64,000 nt of DNA from Anaerolineaceae bacterium (GTDB lineage: Bacteria > Chloroflexota > Anaerolineae > Anaerolineales > Villigracilaceae): positions 46,044 through 110,043 of the forward strand of contig WOUS01000012.1 of NCBI GenBank assembly GCA_009772985.1, in the 5' to 3' direction. Position numbers and translations under genes: made by a program. The notes beneath the pieces are model-generated. The model worked only from the letters and a program-made list of their open reading frames with translations, did no database searches and was not told the DNA's origin. The number at the start of each line of letters is the position of its first letter. The first letter of the stretch is position 1. Positions 25,664 through 33,727 of this stretch are shown here, in pieces.

Positions 25664-26556
25664 AGCGCACTCTCTGGACCGTCATCCTGCTCGCTGCTCT
25701 CTTGGCCTCCTGCGCCCCCGTAGACCTCAACGCCCCCCTCCCCGCCTACAACACAGGCGTGGACCCGGACTCCTGGGCCGTCATCCCGGCTGGTTCCTTC
25801 CACTCCGGGCAGGCAGCCGATCCCGCTTTGATTGATTACGAATACGAGATCATGGTCACCAATGTGACCGTGGCGCAGTACGTGGACTTCCTCAACGAAG
25901 CCCTCGCCAACGGCACGCTCAAAGTGAGCGGCGACCAAATCGCAGGCTTCTATCCCGGCGACCCGTTCCACGGCGTCAAGCACGAATTCGAGATCGCCGC
26001 CACGGACTATATCTTCGTCCCGTTGAACGACCCGGCCTCCCGGTTCACGTTTGACGGAACCAGGTTCACGGTCAAGACCGGCTACGAAAATCACCCGATG
26101 ACGAACGTCTCCTGGTTCGGCGCGTGGGGCTACTGTACTTACTACGACTACCGGCTGCCGACCGAACTCGAATGGGAAAAAGCCGCCCGCGGCTCCGCTG
26201 ACGACCGCCCATTCCCGTGGGGCTACGACATCGCCCGCAACAACGCCAACTTCTACGCCAGCCGCGATCCGTTCGAGGACATGTCCACGTTTGGCTCGCG
26301 CACTACCCCGGTCGGCTTTTATAACGGGCAGACTTACGGGGATTACGCCACGCTCAACTCCGCCAGCCCCTACGGCCTGTACGACATGGCTGGTAACGTC
26401 TGGCAGTGGACCGGCAACGTGTACGAAGGCATGCACTACCGCTTCATGCGCGGCGGCTCGAAAGACACCTACGATATGGACCTGCGTATCTGGGTGCGCA
26501 ACAACGCCACTCCGACGTACTATAGCCCTGGGGTGGGATTCAGGTGCGCGAGATAG
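25660..26556 (+). CDS. FGE-sulfatase (SUMF1/NirV/EgtB-C) domain lipoprotein
   Basis: Its start overlaps the upstream stop (ATGA). The signal is [18 protein letters not shown]. It has the motifs [31 protein letters not shown] and [18 protein letters not shown]...GFRCAR. Confidence 0.9.
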   Translation: MKRTLWTVILLAALLASCAPVDLNAPLPAYNTGVDPDSWAVIPAGSFHSGQAADPALIDYEYEIMVTNVTVAQYVDFLNEALANGTLKVSGDQIAGFYPGDPFHGVKHEFEIAATDYIFVPLNDPASRFTFDGTRFTVKTGYENHPMTNVSWFGAWGYCTYYDYRLPTELEWEKAARGSADDRPFPWGYDIARNNANFYASRDPFEDMSTFGSRTTPVGFYNGQTYGDYATLNSASPYGLYDMAGNVWQWTGNVYEGMHYRFMRGGSKDTYDMDLRIWVRNNATPTYYSPGVGFRCAR

Positions 26557-26559
26557 TAC

Positions 26560-26624
26560 ACAGGTAGACAGGTACACAGGTATACTTGCCGCCTGAACTT
26601 GTTTACGTGTGTACCTGTTTACGT
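26560..26624 (+). repeat. dense short repeats in the FGE-ctaB intergenic spacer
   Basis: ACAGGTA occurs three times at 8-nt period (26560, 26568, 26576). TGTTTACGT occurs twice (26600, 26616). A 10-bp inverted match pairs acaggtacac (26568..26577) with gtgtacctgt (26608..26617). Confidence 0.5.
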
Positions 26625-26645
26625 ATTTATCTTTAGGAGTGCCAC

Positions 26646-27527
26646 ATGACCGCCCTCGCCGCCCAATCGAAAATCGTAAATCTGAAATCCAAAATAAGGT
26701 TGTACTGGCCGCTCACCAAATCCCTCCAGACCGGCCTCCTGCTCTCCACCGGCCTGGCGGGATACATGTCCGCGCGCTGCCCGGTGATGCACTGGTATGA
26801 CTTCCTCGGGCTGGGCGTCAGCCTGTTCCTGGCAATTGCCGGCTCGACCATCCTCAACATGTGGTACGACCGCGACATCGACTCGGTCATGAACCGCACC
26901 CACCACCGCCCGCTGGCGGATGGACGCGTTTCTCCCAACGAAGCCCTGCGCCTGGGGCTGATCCTTTCGGCTCTGGGCATCGGCATGGCCGTGGCAATGA
27001 GTCCGCTCTACGGGCTGGTGGTCTTTGCCGGACTGTTCTTCGATGTGGTCGTGTACACCATCTGGCTCAAGCGGCGCACCTGCTGGAGCATCGTCTGGGG
27101 CGGGATCTCGGGCGGCATGCCCATCCTGGCCGGGCGCGCTTTCGGTCTCGGCCACATGGACGGCATCGGCATCCTGCTGGCGCTGGCCGTCCTGTTCTGG
27201 ATCCCCACCCACATCCTGACCTTTTCGATGCGCTACTTCGACGACTACCGGGCCGCGAAAATCCCGACCTTCCCGTCCGTGTACGGGTTCCCGGTCACGC
27301 GCGCCACGATCGCCGTTTCCAGCGTCATCGCCGCTCTGAGCATCGGCGCAGCGGGAATCATGATCGGGATGGAATGGGGCTACCTGCGCCTGCTGGCCGT
27401 CCTCTCCGCCGGTCTGCTGGCGCTGGCCGTCGCCAGCGTCTTCCGTCCCTCCGAGCGCGTCAACTTTGGCCTGTTCAAGTACGCTTCCGTCTATATGCTG
27501 GCCGCAATGATCCTGATGATGTTTTAA
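26646..27527 (+). CDS. ctaB: protoheme IX farnesyltransferase (heme O synthase), UbiA superfamily
   Basis: AGGAG RBS. The motif NMWYDRDIDSVMNRTHHRPLADGRVS closely resembles the COX10/CtaB signature D-x-x-M-x-RT-x-x-RPL-x-x-G. 293 aa, about 8-9 TM helices. Confidence 0.75.
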   Translation: MTALAAQSKIVNLKSKIRLYWPLTKSLQTGLLLSTGLAGYMSARCPVMHWYDFLGLGVSLFLAIAGSTILNMWYDRDIDSVMNRTHHRPLADGRVSPNEALRLGLILSALGIGMAVAMSPLYGLVVFAGLFFDVVVYTIWLKRRTCWSIVWGGISGGMPILAGRAFGLGHMDGIGILLALAVLFWIPTHILTFSMRYFDDYRAAKIPTFPSVYGFPVTRATIAVSSVIAALSIGAAGIMIGMEWGYLRLLAVLSAGLLALAVASVFRPSERVNFGLFKYASVYMLAAMILMMF

Positions 27528-27557
27528 ATCCTCGCAAACCCGGAGAAATGATACGCC

Positions 27558-28166
27558 ATGAAAATATCCCCCCTTGATCGCATTCTCCTGCTCCTCACTG
27601 GCTTGCTGGCGGCGTATCATATTGTTGTCGGCATTGAAGGCTTCGCCAGCCTGCCCGCCATCGCTTACACCATCGCCTTTGGCGTTCTGTTGATTGCGGG
27701 ATTACTGCTCATTCTGCTCGGCTTTGATGTTTTGGACTCGCCTATCATTGTTATCGTCTCGACGATTATTCCCCTCAGCCTTGCGACGGGACTCGTCTGG
27801 CAATACCTCGCTTCATTCGGGACCTTATACCTGGGTTTCGCCATCCTGGGTTTCCTGGCCGTGACGATCACCCGCGCCCTCCCCATCAAGACCAAACTCC
27901 CGGTGCTGGTGCTGGGGATCGTACATGGCCTCGCCGGGTTGACCATCTTCCTGCTCCCCATCATCTGGGTACTGACCGGGCGCGCCGCGCCAGGCTTCGC
28001 CCTCGTGGGCATCGGCGGCGCGCTGATCGGCATCGGCGGATTGCTGCTCTCATTCCTCAAGGCTGGCAAACCGCTCCTTTCGCGCGCCGTCATCTTCCGC
28101 CTCCTGCCCGGCTTGCTGCTCCTGATGACCGCCGCATTCGTGGCCGGGTTCGCGTTTGCAAGTTGA
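27558..28166 (+). CDS. polytopic membrane protein (family C paralog)
   Basis: 202 aa, collinear with 23231..23848. Confidence 0.8.
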   Translation: MKISPLDRILLLLTGLLAAYHIVVGIEGFASLPAIAYTIAFGVLLIAGLLLILLGFDVLDSPIIVIVSTIIPLSLATGLVWQYLASFGTLYLGFAILGFLAVTITRALPIKTKLPVLVLGIVHGLAGLTIFLLPIIWVLTGRAAPGFALVGIGGALIGIGGLLLSFLKAGKPLLSRAVIFRLLPGLLLLMTAAFVAGFAFAS

Positions 28167-28264
28167 CATGTTCACACGTTTTCAAGTTGGCGCGTCTGCA
28201 AGTTGAAAAGCAACCCGCCAACCTGCAAACGTGCCAACCTTACAACGTATAAAAGGAGAATGCC

Positions 28265-28951
28265 ATGAGAAACAAGTGGTGGGCCAAACTGCTGCGCATC
28301 GTCGGCATCGTCTTCATGAGCCTGACTGCACTCTTCACATTGATGGGCGGCGCTGGCACAGCCTGTGTCGCCCTCAACCCGACCGGCTTCGGTGGGACAT
28401 TCGCCGGCATTGCCCCCTTCCAGTGGCTGTGGATTTTGTTCGTGCTGGTCGGCATCGCCGCCGGGATCATGGGTGTGCGCGCCGTCGTCCTGCTCATCAA
28501 AGGAATGAAGCACGCTTACCGTGACGCACTGATCGCCCTGCTGCTCGGCACGGTACTCAACGTCGTCCACCTGTTCGCATCGCGCGCCCTGCGCGGCTCG
28601 TCCATGCCCGTGGACGGCGTGCTGTACATGAACATCCTGACCCTGGTCATCTTCCTCCTGTTCCGCATCCCCGGCGTCTGGCAGGGCGTGGACTACGAGA
28701 AGCCTGCCGGCGGCGGGCAAACCGGCACGTACGCCGCCGCCATCGCCCTGGCCGCCTGCGGACTGCTCTCGCTGACCATCCAGTTCCTGATGGCCCCCAC
28801 CCACACCATCGGCGGGGTCAACTACGCGGACGCCTGGCACGCCACATTGACGGCTCTGGGCGTGGCCTTAATCCTGGCCGGCCTCGTGACCGCACTCCAC
28901 GCCCGCCGGATCACGGTCCGGCGCGCCGCGCTGCCCGAAGCCGCAAAGTGA
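28265..28951 (+). CDS. polytopic membrane protein, unknown function
   Basis: AAAGGAG RBS. 228 aa, about 6 TM helices. It is the last gene before a terminator. Confidence 0.75.
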   Translation: MRNKWWAKLLRIVGIVFMSLTALFTLMGGAGTACVALNPTGFGGTFAGIAPFQWLWILFVLVGIAAGIMGVRAVVLLIKGMKHAYRDALIALLLGTVLNVVHLFASRALRGSSMPVDGVLYMNILTLVIFLLFRIPGVWQGVDYEKPAGGGQTGTYAAAIALAACGLLSLTIQFLMAPTHTIGGVNYADAWHATLTALGVALILAGLVTALHARRITVRRAALPEAAK

Positions 28952-28970
28952 TCTCAAACGAACCGCATCG

Positions 28971-28999
28971 AAACTCCCCGTCCCGGCGGGGAGTTTTTC
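28971..28999 (+). terminator. rho-independent terminator
   Basis: aaactccccg tcccgg cggggagttt followed by tttcgtt. Confidence 0.6.
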
Positions 29000-29069
29000 G
29001 TTGTTGACATTTTACAAAATGGCGCGACAATACAATCGCAATCACTTTTGGAGGGGCGGGAGGATTCTT

Positions 29070-31331
29070 ATGAAACGCTTTCGCTTATCTTACGGGGTGG
29101 TTCTTGTCTCAGTAATTTCGTCTGTAGTGATCCTCTTCGGGGGCATCTTTGCATATCCTGCCCAGGCTGCCGGGACGCCAAAAACATCTCAACCGCTGGC
29201 TCCGTCGCCGCAAGAGGCCGATCTGTCGAGCGTTACGCTGACTCTGGCCGATCTCCCGCCGGGGTTCGAGGTAATGCCAGACAATCTGCTCGCCAATTTT
29301 CGCAGCCTGCTCGAACAGGTCAATTCTGCCGGGGGTTTCTCGAACGCGGAGATGGTGAACCTGGTCGGGTATCAAAGAATAGATTACCCATACTCCGAGT
29401 TTGTGGTCAGTTTCCTGTTAACTCCCCTGAATACCCTCCAGATCTTTCAATTCGACCAGCAACTGTCTGACCCGGACAAGTTCCTCCGAACAACCGAAAA
29501 TGCACTATCCGGTTCCGGGTTCAGCCAATTCGAGTTGATCCCTGGCTCAACCGACATCGGAGCGGCTTCGATTGGCTTTACCTGCAAAGTGGATGCGGGG
29601 GCGATCACGATCGAGGAAGATATTCTCTCGTGGCGCCGGAAGAATGTTAATGCACAAATCGCCATTTACTATTCGGAGGGATACCAGCCCACCGCAGATA
29701 TTCTGACCCTGGGCCGCACCCTGGATACCCGGCTGGAGGCCGCCGTCGGGCCGGAAACCGAGGCTGTTACCGGCGGGCCTTTCCGCCTCGCCGGGCCATA
29801 CGTTCCCGAAATTACCACCTACATCCCCACCCCGCTCGACCTGTCGCCGAAGCCGTCCGTCATCGGAACGAACCTGCTCCTGGCCGCCCTGATGATGCTC
29901 CCATTCGCCGTGGCGGCCGAGTTCTTCACCCGCACGCTGGCCGAAAACGAGAAGGCCCTGAAGCGCAGGATCCGCCCGATGAACTGGTTCGCCCGCCTGC
30001 AGGAACGGATGGCCGGATTCTTCAAGACACGTTTCGGCGACGTGCTGAAAGTTTTCGTTGTAATGATTTTCTACGGCCTGGTCTTCTCCCTGCTCGATAA
30101 GACCTGGAATCCGTTCAGCCTGAAAGGGCTGATCCTGTTCGGCTCCATGACCATCGCCTACGGTCTGGTGGGGGTTGCCGACGACATCCTGCAATGGCGC
30201 CGCATCCGCCGCTGGGGACTGGCCGCCGAACTCAAGGTGCGGCCCGCCAACATACTGCTCGCCGCGCTGTCCACCGCCACCAGCCGGATACTTTCCCTCG
30301 TCCCCGGCCTGATGTTCGGCACGCCCGAAGCCCTCGAAACAGACGACAAACAATTCGATGCGTCGAAACGCAACACCCTGCTAAAAATCAGCGGTTTCAC
30401 CTTCGCCATCATCGGCCTGACCGTCTGGCTGCCGACAGTCGTCACCAATTTGCTCCAACGCATCAACCTGCTTCCATCCGTTTTGAACAACCTGCTGGGC
30501 GGGTTTGAATCCATTCTGCTGGTCATCTTCGCTGTCGCCCTCGAAAACCTGTTCGTCCAGATGCTCGGCTTTCCCGGCAGTTTCGGCCATTCGCTGAAAC
30601 GCCGCAGCCGCTGGCTGTGGATCGGCCTGCTCGTACTCGTGGCCTTCGTGTTCTACCACACACTCATCAATCCTCGCGGCGGACTGGCCTCCGCCATCCA
30701 GGAGGGCAACGTCATCCTGTTCCTGAGCGTGGCCGCCGCCTTCGTGGTCTTCACCTTCGGGATGCGGCTCTTCTTTAGGATTCGGAACCGGCGCGCCGAG
30801 AAGCGCGGGACCGTCTCGCCGCTTCCCGCGACGCCAGAACCTGCCGCGCCCGCTCCCACCGCGCCCTCCGCCGGACCCGCTCCCGCGAAGCCGGTCCCGG
30901 CCGCGCCCGCTCCGGCTGCTCCTCCGCCGGCAACCGTCGCCGTGCCGCCCGTCACCGCCGTGCAAAAGGCCCCGGTCACCGTCCCGCTGGCGGGAGAAAA
31001 GCAGTGTCCCGTCTGCGGCGAAAAGATCAAGGCGGAAGCGAAGTTGTGCCGCCACTGCCGGGCGACCTTCACCGTGACGCGCAAGGGCTACTGCCTGACC
31101 GACCACGATGTGGTCGAGGTGAACGAGGCGGGCAAATGCGTCCGCTGCGGCGGCGAGCCGGCCGACCTGCACGTGGAGAGCCGCCTGCTGCAAGCGCCCG
31201 CCGTCCGGCCGGTGAAACCCGCCCCGCCCGCACCCGCCCCCGCGCCCGGCGCCAAACTCTGCCCCTCCTGCGGGCAGACAATCAAGGCCGAGGCAAAGAT
31301 CTGCCGCTTCTGCCGCACCATGCTCGGATGA
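29070..31331 (+). CDS. large membrane protein: secreted N-domain, about 8 TM helices, Pro/Ala-rich linker, three C-terminal zinc-ribbon motifs
   Basis: GGGAGG RBS with a start at MKRFRLSYGVVLVSV. The zinc ribbons are CPVCGEKIKAEAKLCRHCRATF, CLTDHD...CVRCGG and CPSCGQTIKAEAKICRFCRTML. Confidence 0.8.
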   Translation: MKRFRLSYGVVLVSVISSVVILFGGIFAYPAQAAGTPKTSQPLAPSPQEADLSSVTLTLADLPPGFEVMPDNLLANFRSLLEQVNSAGGFSNAEMVNLVGYQRIDYPYSEFVVSFLLTPLNTLQIFQFDQQLSDPDKFLRTTENALSGSGFSQFELIPGSTDIGAASIGFTCKVDAGAITIEEDILSWRRKNVNAQIAIYYSEGYQPTADILTLGRTLDTRLEAAVGPETEAVTGGPFRLAGPYVPEITTYIPTPLDLSPKPSVIGTNLLLAALMMLPFAVAAEFFTRTLAENEKALKRRIRPMNWFARLQERMAGFFKTRFGDVLKVFVVMIFYGLVFSLLDKTWNPFSLKGLILFGSMTIAYGLVGVADDILQWRRIRRWGLAAELKVRPANILLAALSTATSRILSLVPGLMFGTPEALETDDKQFDASKRNTLLKISGFTFAIIGLTVWLPTVVTNLLQRINLLPSVLNNLLGGFESILLVIFAVALENLFVQMLGFPGSFGHSLKRRSRWLWIGLLVLVAFVFYHTLINPRGGLASAIQEGNVILFLSVAAAFVVFTFGMRLFFRIRNRRAEKRGTVSPLPATPEPAAPAPTAPSAGPAPAKPVPAAPAPAAPPPATVAVPPVTAVQKAPVTVPLAGEKQCPVCGEKIKAEAKLCRHCRATFTVTRKGYCLTDHDVVEVNEAGKCVRCGGEPADLHVESRLLQAPAVRPVKPAPPAPAPAPGAKLCPSCGQTIKAEAKICRFCRTMLG

Positions 31332-31344
31332 GAAAGGAACAACC

Positions 31345-32388
31345 ATGAACCCGACAACCCAAAAATGCCCGATGTGCGCCGAGGAAATTCCCGCCAAGGC
31401 AACCGCCTGCCCCTTCTGCGGGACGCGGCTGGTTGACGAAACACCCGCACCGCCCGCTCCCGCCCCGGCCCGGACCCCAGTCCCGCCGCGGCCCGGGCCC
31501 GCGCAAGTTGCTCCGCCGCCGCCCGTCCGCAGGAAAAATCAATGGATCTGGTGGCTCGTCGGCGGCGGGATAGCAGGCCTCTGTTTGTGTGCCGCGCTGG
31601 CCGTGGGCGGCGTCCTGCTCTACCAGAGCGGACTGCTGTTCCCGGCCTCCCCCCTCGCGGAGCCGACCTTCTCCCCGCCGGAGGAAGCCACGGTCCAGCC
31701 TGAACCGACCGCCCCCACGCGCACAAAGACCCCGGTCCCCACACCGACCGTCAACGCCCCGGCGCAGGCCTTCGGCGACCCGATCCTGGCCGCCATCGAG
31801 GGAAGGCCGCCGCATATCACGGACGACTTCAGCCGGGACCGCGGCTGGTACGGATTTGACGGCGTCACCCAGTCGGCAGACATGGTCCTGGTTCACGATG
31901 GAGTCATCCAGGCTGCCGGCGATACGCAGCGGGTTTTCACACACATGGTCATGACATGGCCTTACGACGAATTGGACAACTACGCTGTAATGGTCGAGGC
32001 AGTCTTCCTCGCCAGCGGCGGCAGCGCCCGCGACCGCGAGATCGGCATATGCTGGTGGCCGGGGGACGAACTGGGAGAGCGGTTCTTATTGAGGGAAAGC
32101 GGGGTTTTCGAGGGGGGAACCTGCCACGACAGGGAATGCCCGGCGTTCATCTTCGGCCACATGGCCCCCATTCCGGCTGGCGAGACGGTCTCCCTGACCC
32201 TGATCCACTTGCGCGGCGAATCGGTTGTGTACGTTAACGGCGTTCCGCTTGCTTACCACAAACTTGCCATCACCGACTACTCGTCCGGTTTCTCCCTGTG
32301 CCCGCATACGTACGACGGAAAGACATCGGATATTGTTTACGACAACCTGAAAGTCTGGAACCTCGATCTGGTCCCCGGCCTGCCCTGA
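31345..32388 (+). CDS. zinc-ribbon / single-TM / extracytoplasmic jelly-roll-like domain protein
   Basis: The N-terminal zinc ribbon is CPMCAEEIPAKATACPFCGTRL. It has a Pro-rich linker and a TM helix WIWWLVGGGIAGLCLCAALAVGGVLL. The C-terminal domain ends ..DIVYDNLKVWNL, which looks LamG/DUF1080-like (weak). Confidence 0.75.
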   Translation: MNPTTQKCPMCAEEIPAKATACPFCGTRLVDETPAPPAPAPARTPVPPRPGPAQVAPPPPVRRKNQWIWWLVGGGIAGLCLCAALAVGGVLLYQSGLLFPASPLAEPTFSPPEEATVQPEPTAPTRTKTPVPTPTVNAPAQAFGDPILAAIEGRPPHITDDFSRDRGWYGFDGVTQSADMVLVHDGVIQAAGDTQRVFTHMVMTWPYDELDNYAVMVEAVFLASGGSARDREIGICWWPGDELGERFLLRESGVFEGGTCHDRECPAFIFGHMAPIPAGETVSLTLIHLRGESVVYVNGVPLAYHKLAITDYSSGFSLCPHTYDGKTSDIVYDNLKVWNLDLVPGLP

Positions 32389-32417
32389 TAACGGGATGGC
32401 CGGAAAAGGAGACACAT

Positions 32418-33563
32418 ATGGCAAAATCATCGCTTTTACGGGTCATGATCTCCAGCCGGTGCAAGGATAATTTTCCTCCCGGCAAGGACGGAAAGCCGCT
32501 TTCCGAGATCCGCCTGGAATTGTGCGAAGAAATCGAGCGGCTCAAGGTCTTTGGCAAACCGGTATTCGAAGTCTGGATCAACGAAACAACCCCGCCGCAG
32601 GGCGGGACCTGGGACAGCCGGGACACCTGTCTGCGGGCAGTGGAGAACTGCGACATCCTGCTGGTGCTTTACAATGGTAATGCCGGCTGGGCCAAGAACA
32701 AGGGGGAACTCGGCATTTGTCACGCCGAGTACGACCGAGGCCTTTCGCTCGCACGCGATAAGGTCCGGGTGGTGGATATCTCCACAAAAGAGTCGCTCGC
32801 AGAACTGAGACAGGACAAGAATAACGAACTATTTCAGGACTACTTCAACCTAGAAAATGCCTTCCGCGGCGGCGATGTGACGACGGTGGAGGACCTGAAG
32901 AAGCGCGTCAAGGAAACCCTGCACGGGGCGCTGATCTCCCTGGCGCAGGGAGGCGTGCGCGAGGCCGCCCGCGGGAAACCCGGCATAGGCGACGCACTAA
33001 CCTGGAGCCGTCTTGATTTTGCCTCACGTGAGCGGAAAATGGTTACGCTACTCCGCAATACACTTGTGGAACAATCCGGTGGACAATCGAAGAAAAACAA
33101 CGTAATTGCACCACTGGCTGGTGTGGATATCCTGCTGGTCCCGCACGCCATCCCCGCCGCGTTCAGCATCGGCCAGGCCAAGGAAATGGTGGGACAGCCC
33201 TTCCTGCGTGACCACGAACTGGCCGATACGCTCACAGACGGCGTCAACGGTCCGGTCCACATCATCGCCTGCTACAAGTCCGCCACCGAGTCGCAGGCCA
33301 TCAAACTGCTCGGCTTCCCGGACGCCACAGTGGTGACCACCCCGTTTGGCGTATTCGTCGCTGACAACGTCCAGAAAGTTCAGTTCGCGTTCATTGCCAA
33401 TTGTTGCGACGAAGCAAGCATTCGCAACGGTGTTCATAATTTTCTGAAATGGCTGGCCCGGTCCGGGGAGGATGTCTATCTGGCCGCACGGGCCGGTGCG
33501 CGCGCCCGGATCGTCCAGGCCATTGCCCGGGAAACGCCATCCAGCCCCGGCGCTTCAAGGTAG
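32418..33563 (+). CDS. DUF4062-like (TIR/nucleoside-deoxyribosyltransferase-like fold) N-domain protein with uncharacterised C-domain
   Basis: AAAGGAG RBS. The N-terminus RVMISSRCKD...EIRLELCEEIERL...DTCLRAVENCDILLVLYNGNAGW fits my memory of the DUF4062 pattern (vFISS...e.R......cl..i..cD..i.i.g..YG). Confidence 0.55.
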   Translation: MAKSSLLRVMISSRCKDNFPPGKDGKPLSEIRLELCEEIERLKVFGKPVFEVWINETTPPQGGTWDSRDTCLRAVENCDILLVLYNGNAGWAKNKGELGICHAEYDRGLSLARDKVRVVDISTKESLAELRQDKNNELFQDYFNLENAFRGGDVTTVEDLKKRVKETLHGALISLAQGGVREAARGKPGIGDALTWSRLDFASRERKMVTLLRNTLVEQSGGQSKKNNVIAPLAGVDILLVPHAIPAAFSIGQAKEMVGQPFLRDHELADTLTDGVNGPVHIIACYKSATESQAIKLLGFPDATVVTTPFGVFVADNVQKVQFAFIANCCDEASIRNGVHNFLKWLARSGEDVYLAARAGARARIVQAIARETPSSPGASR

Positions 33564-33580
33564 CATTATTCGCAAACAAA

Positions 33581-33607
33581 AAGTCCGGCTGGCCTCCAGC
33601 CGGACTT
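33581..33607 (+). terminator. 12-bp stem hairpin after the DUF4062-like gene
   Basis: aagtccggctgg cct ccagccggactt. It is preceded by an A-run and has no strong T tract. Confidence 0.4.
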
Positions 33608-33727
33608 CTGTCACCCAATAGATCACCTGACGTTCGCGTTCCGCTTGCCATCTCTGCGGGCATCGGATAAACTGGAGCCGCATCGCCAACCTTTGCAACC
33701 CAAACTCCTCCCAGGAAATCCATCCGC

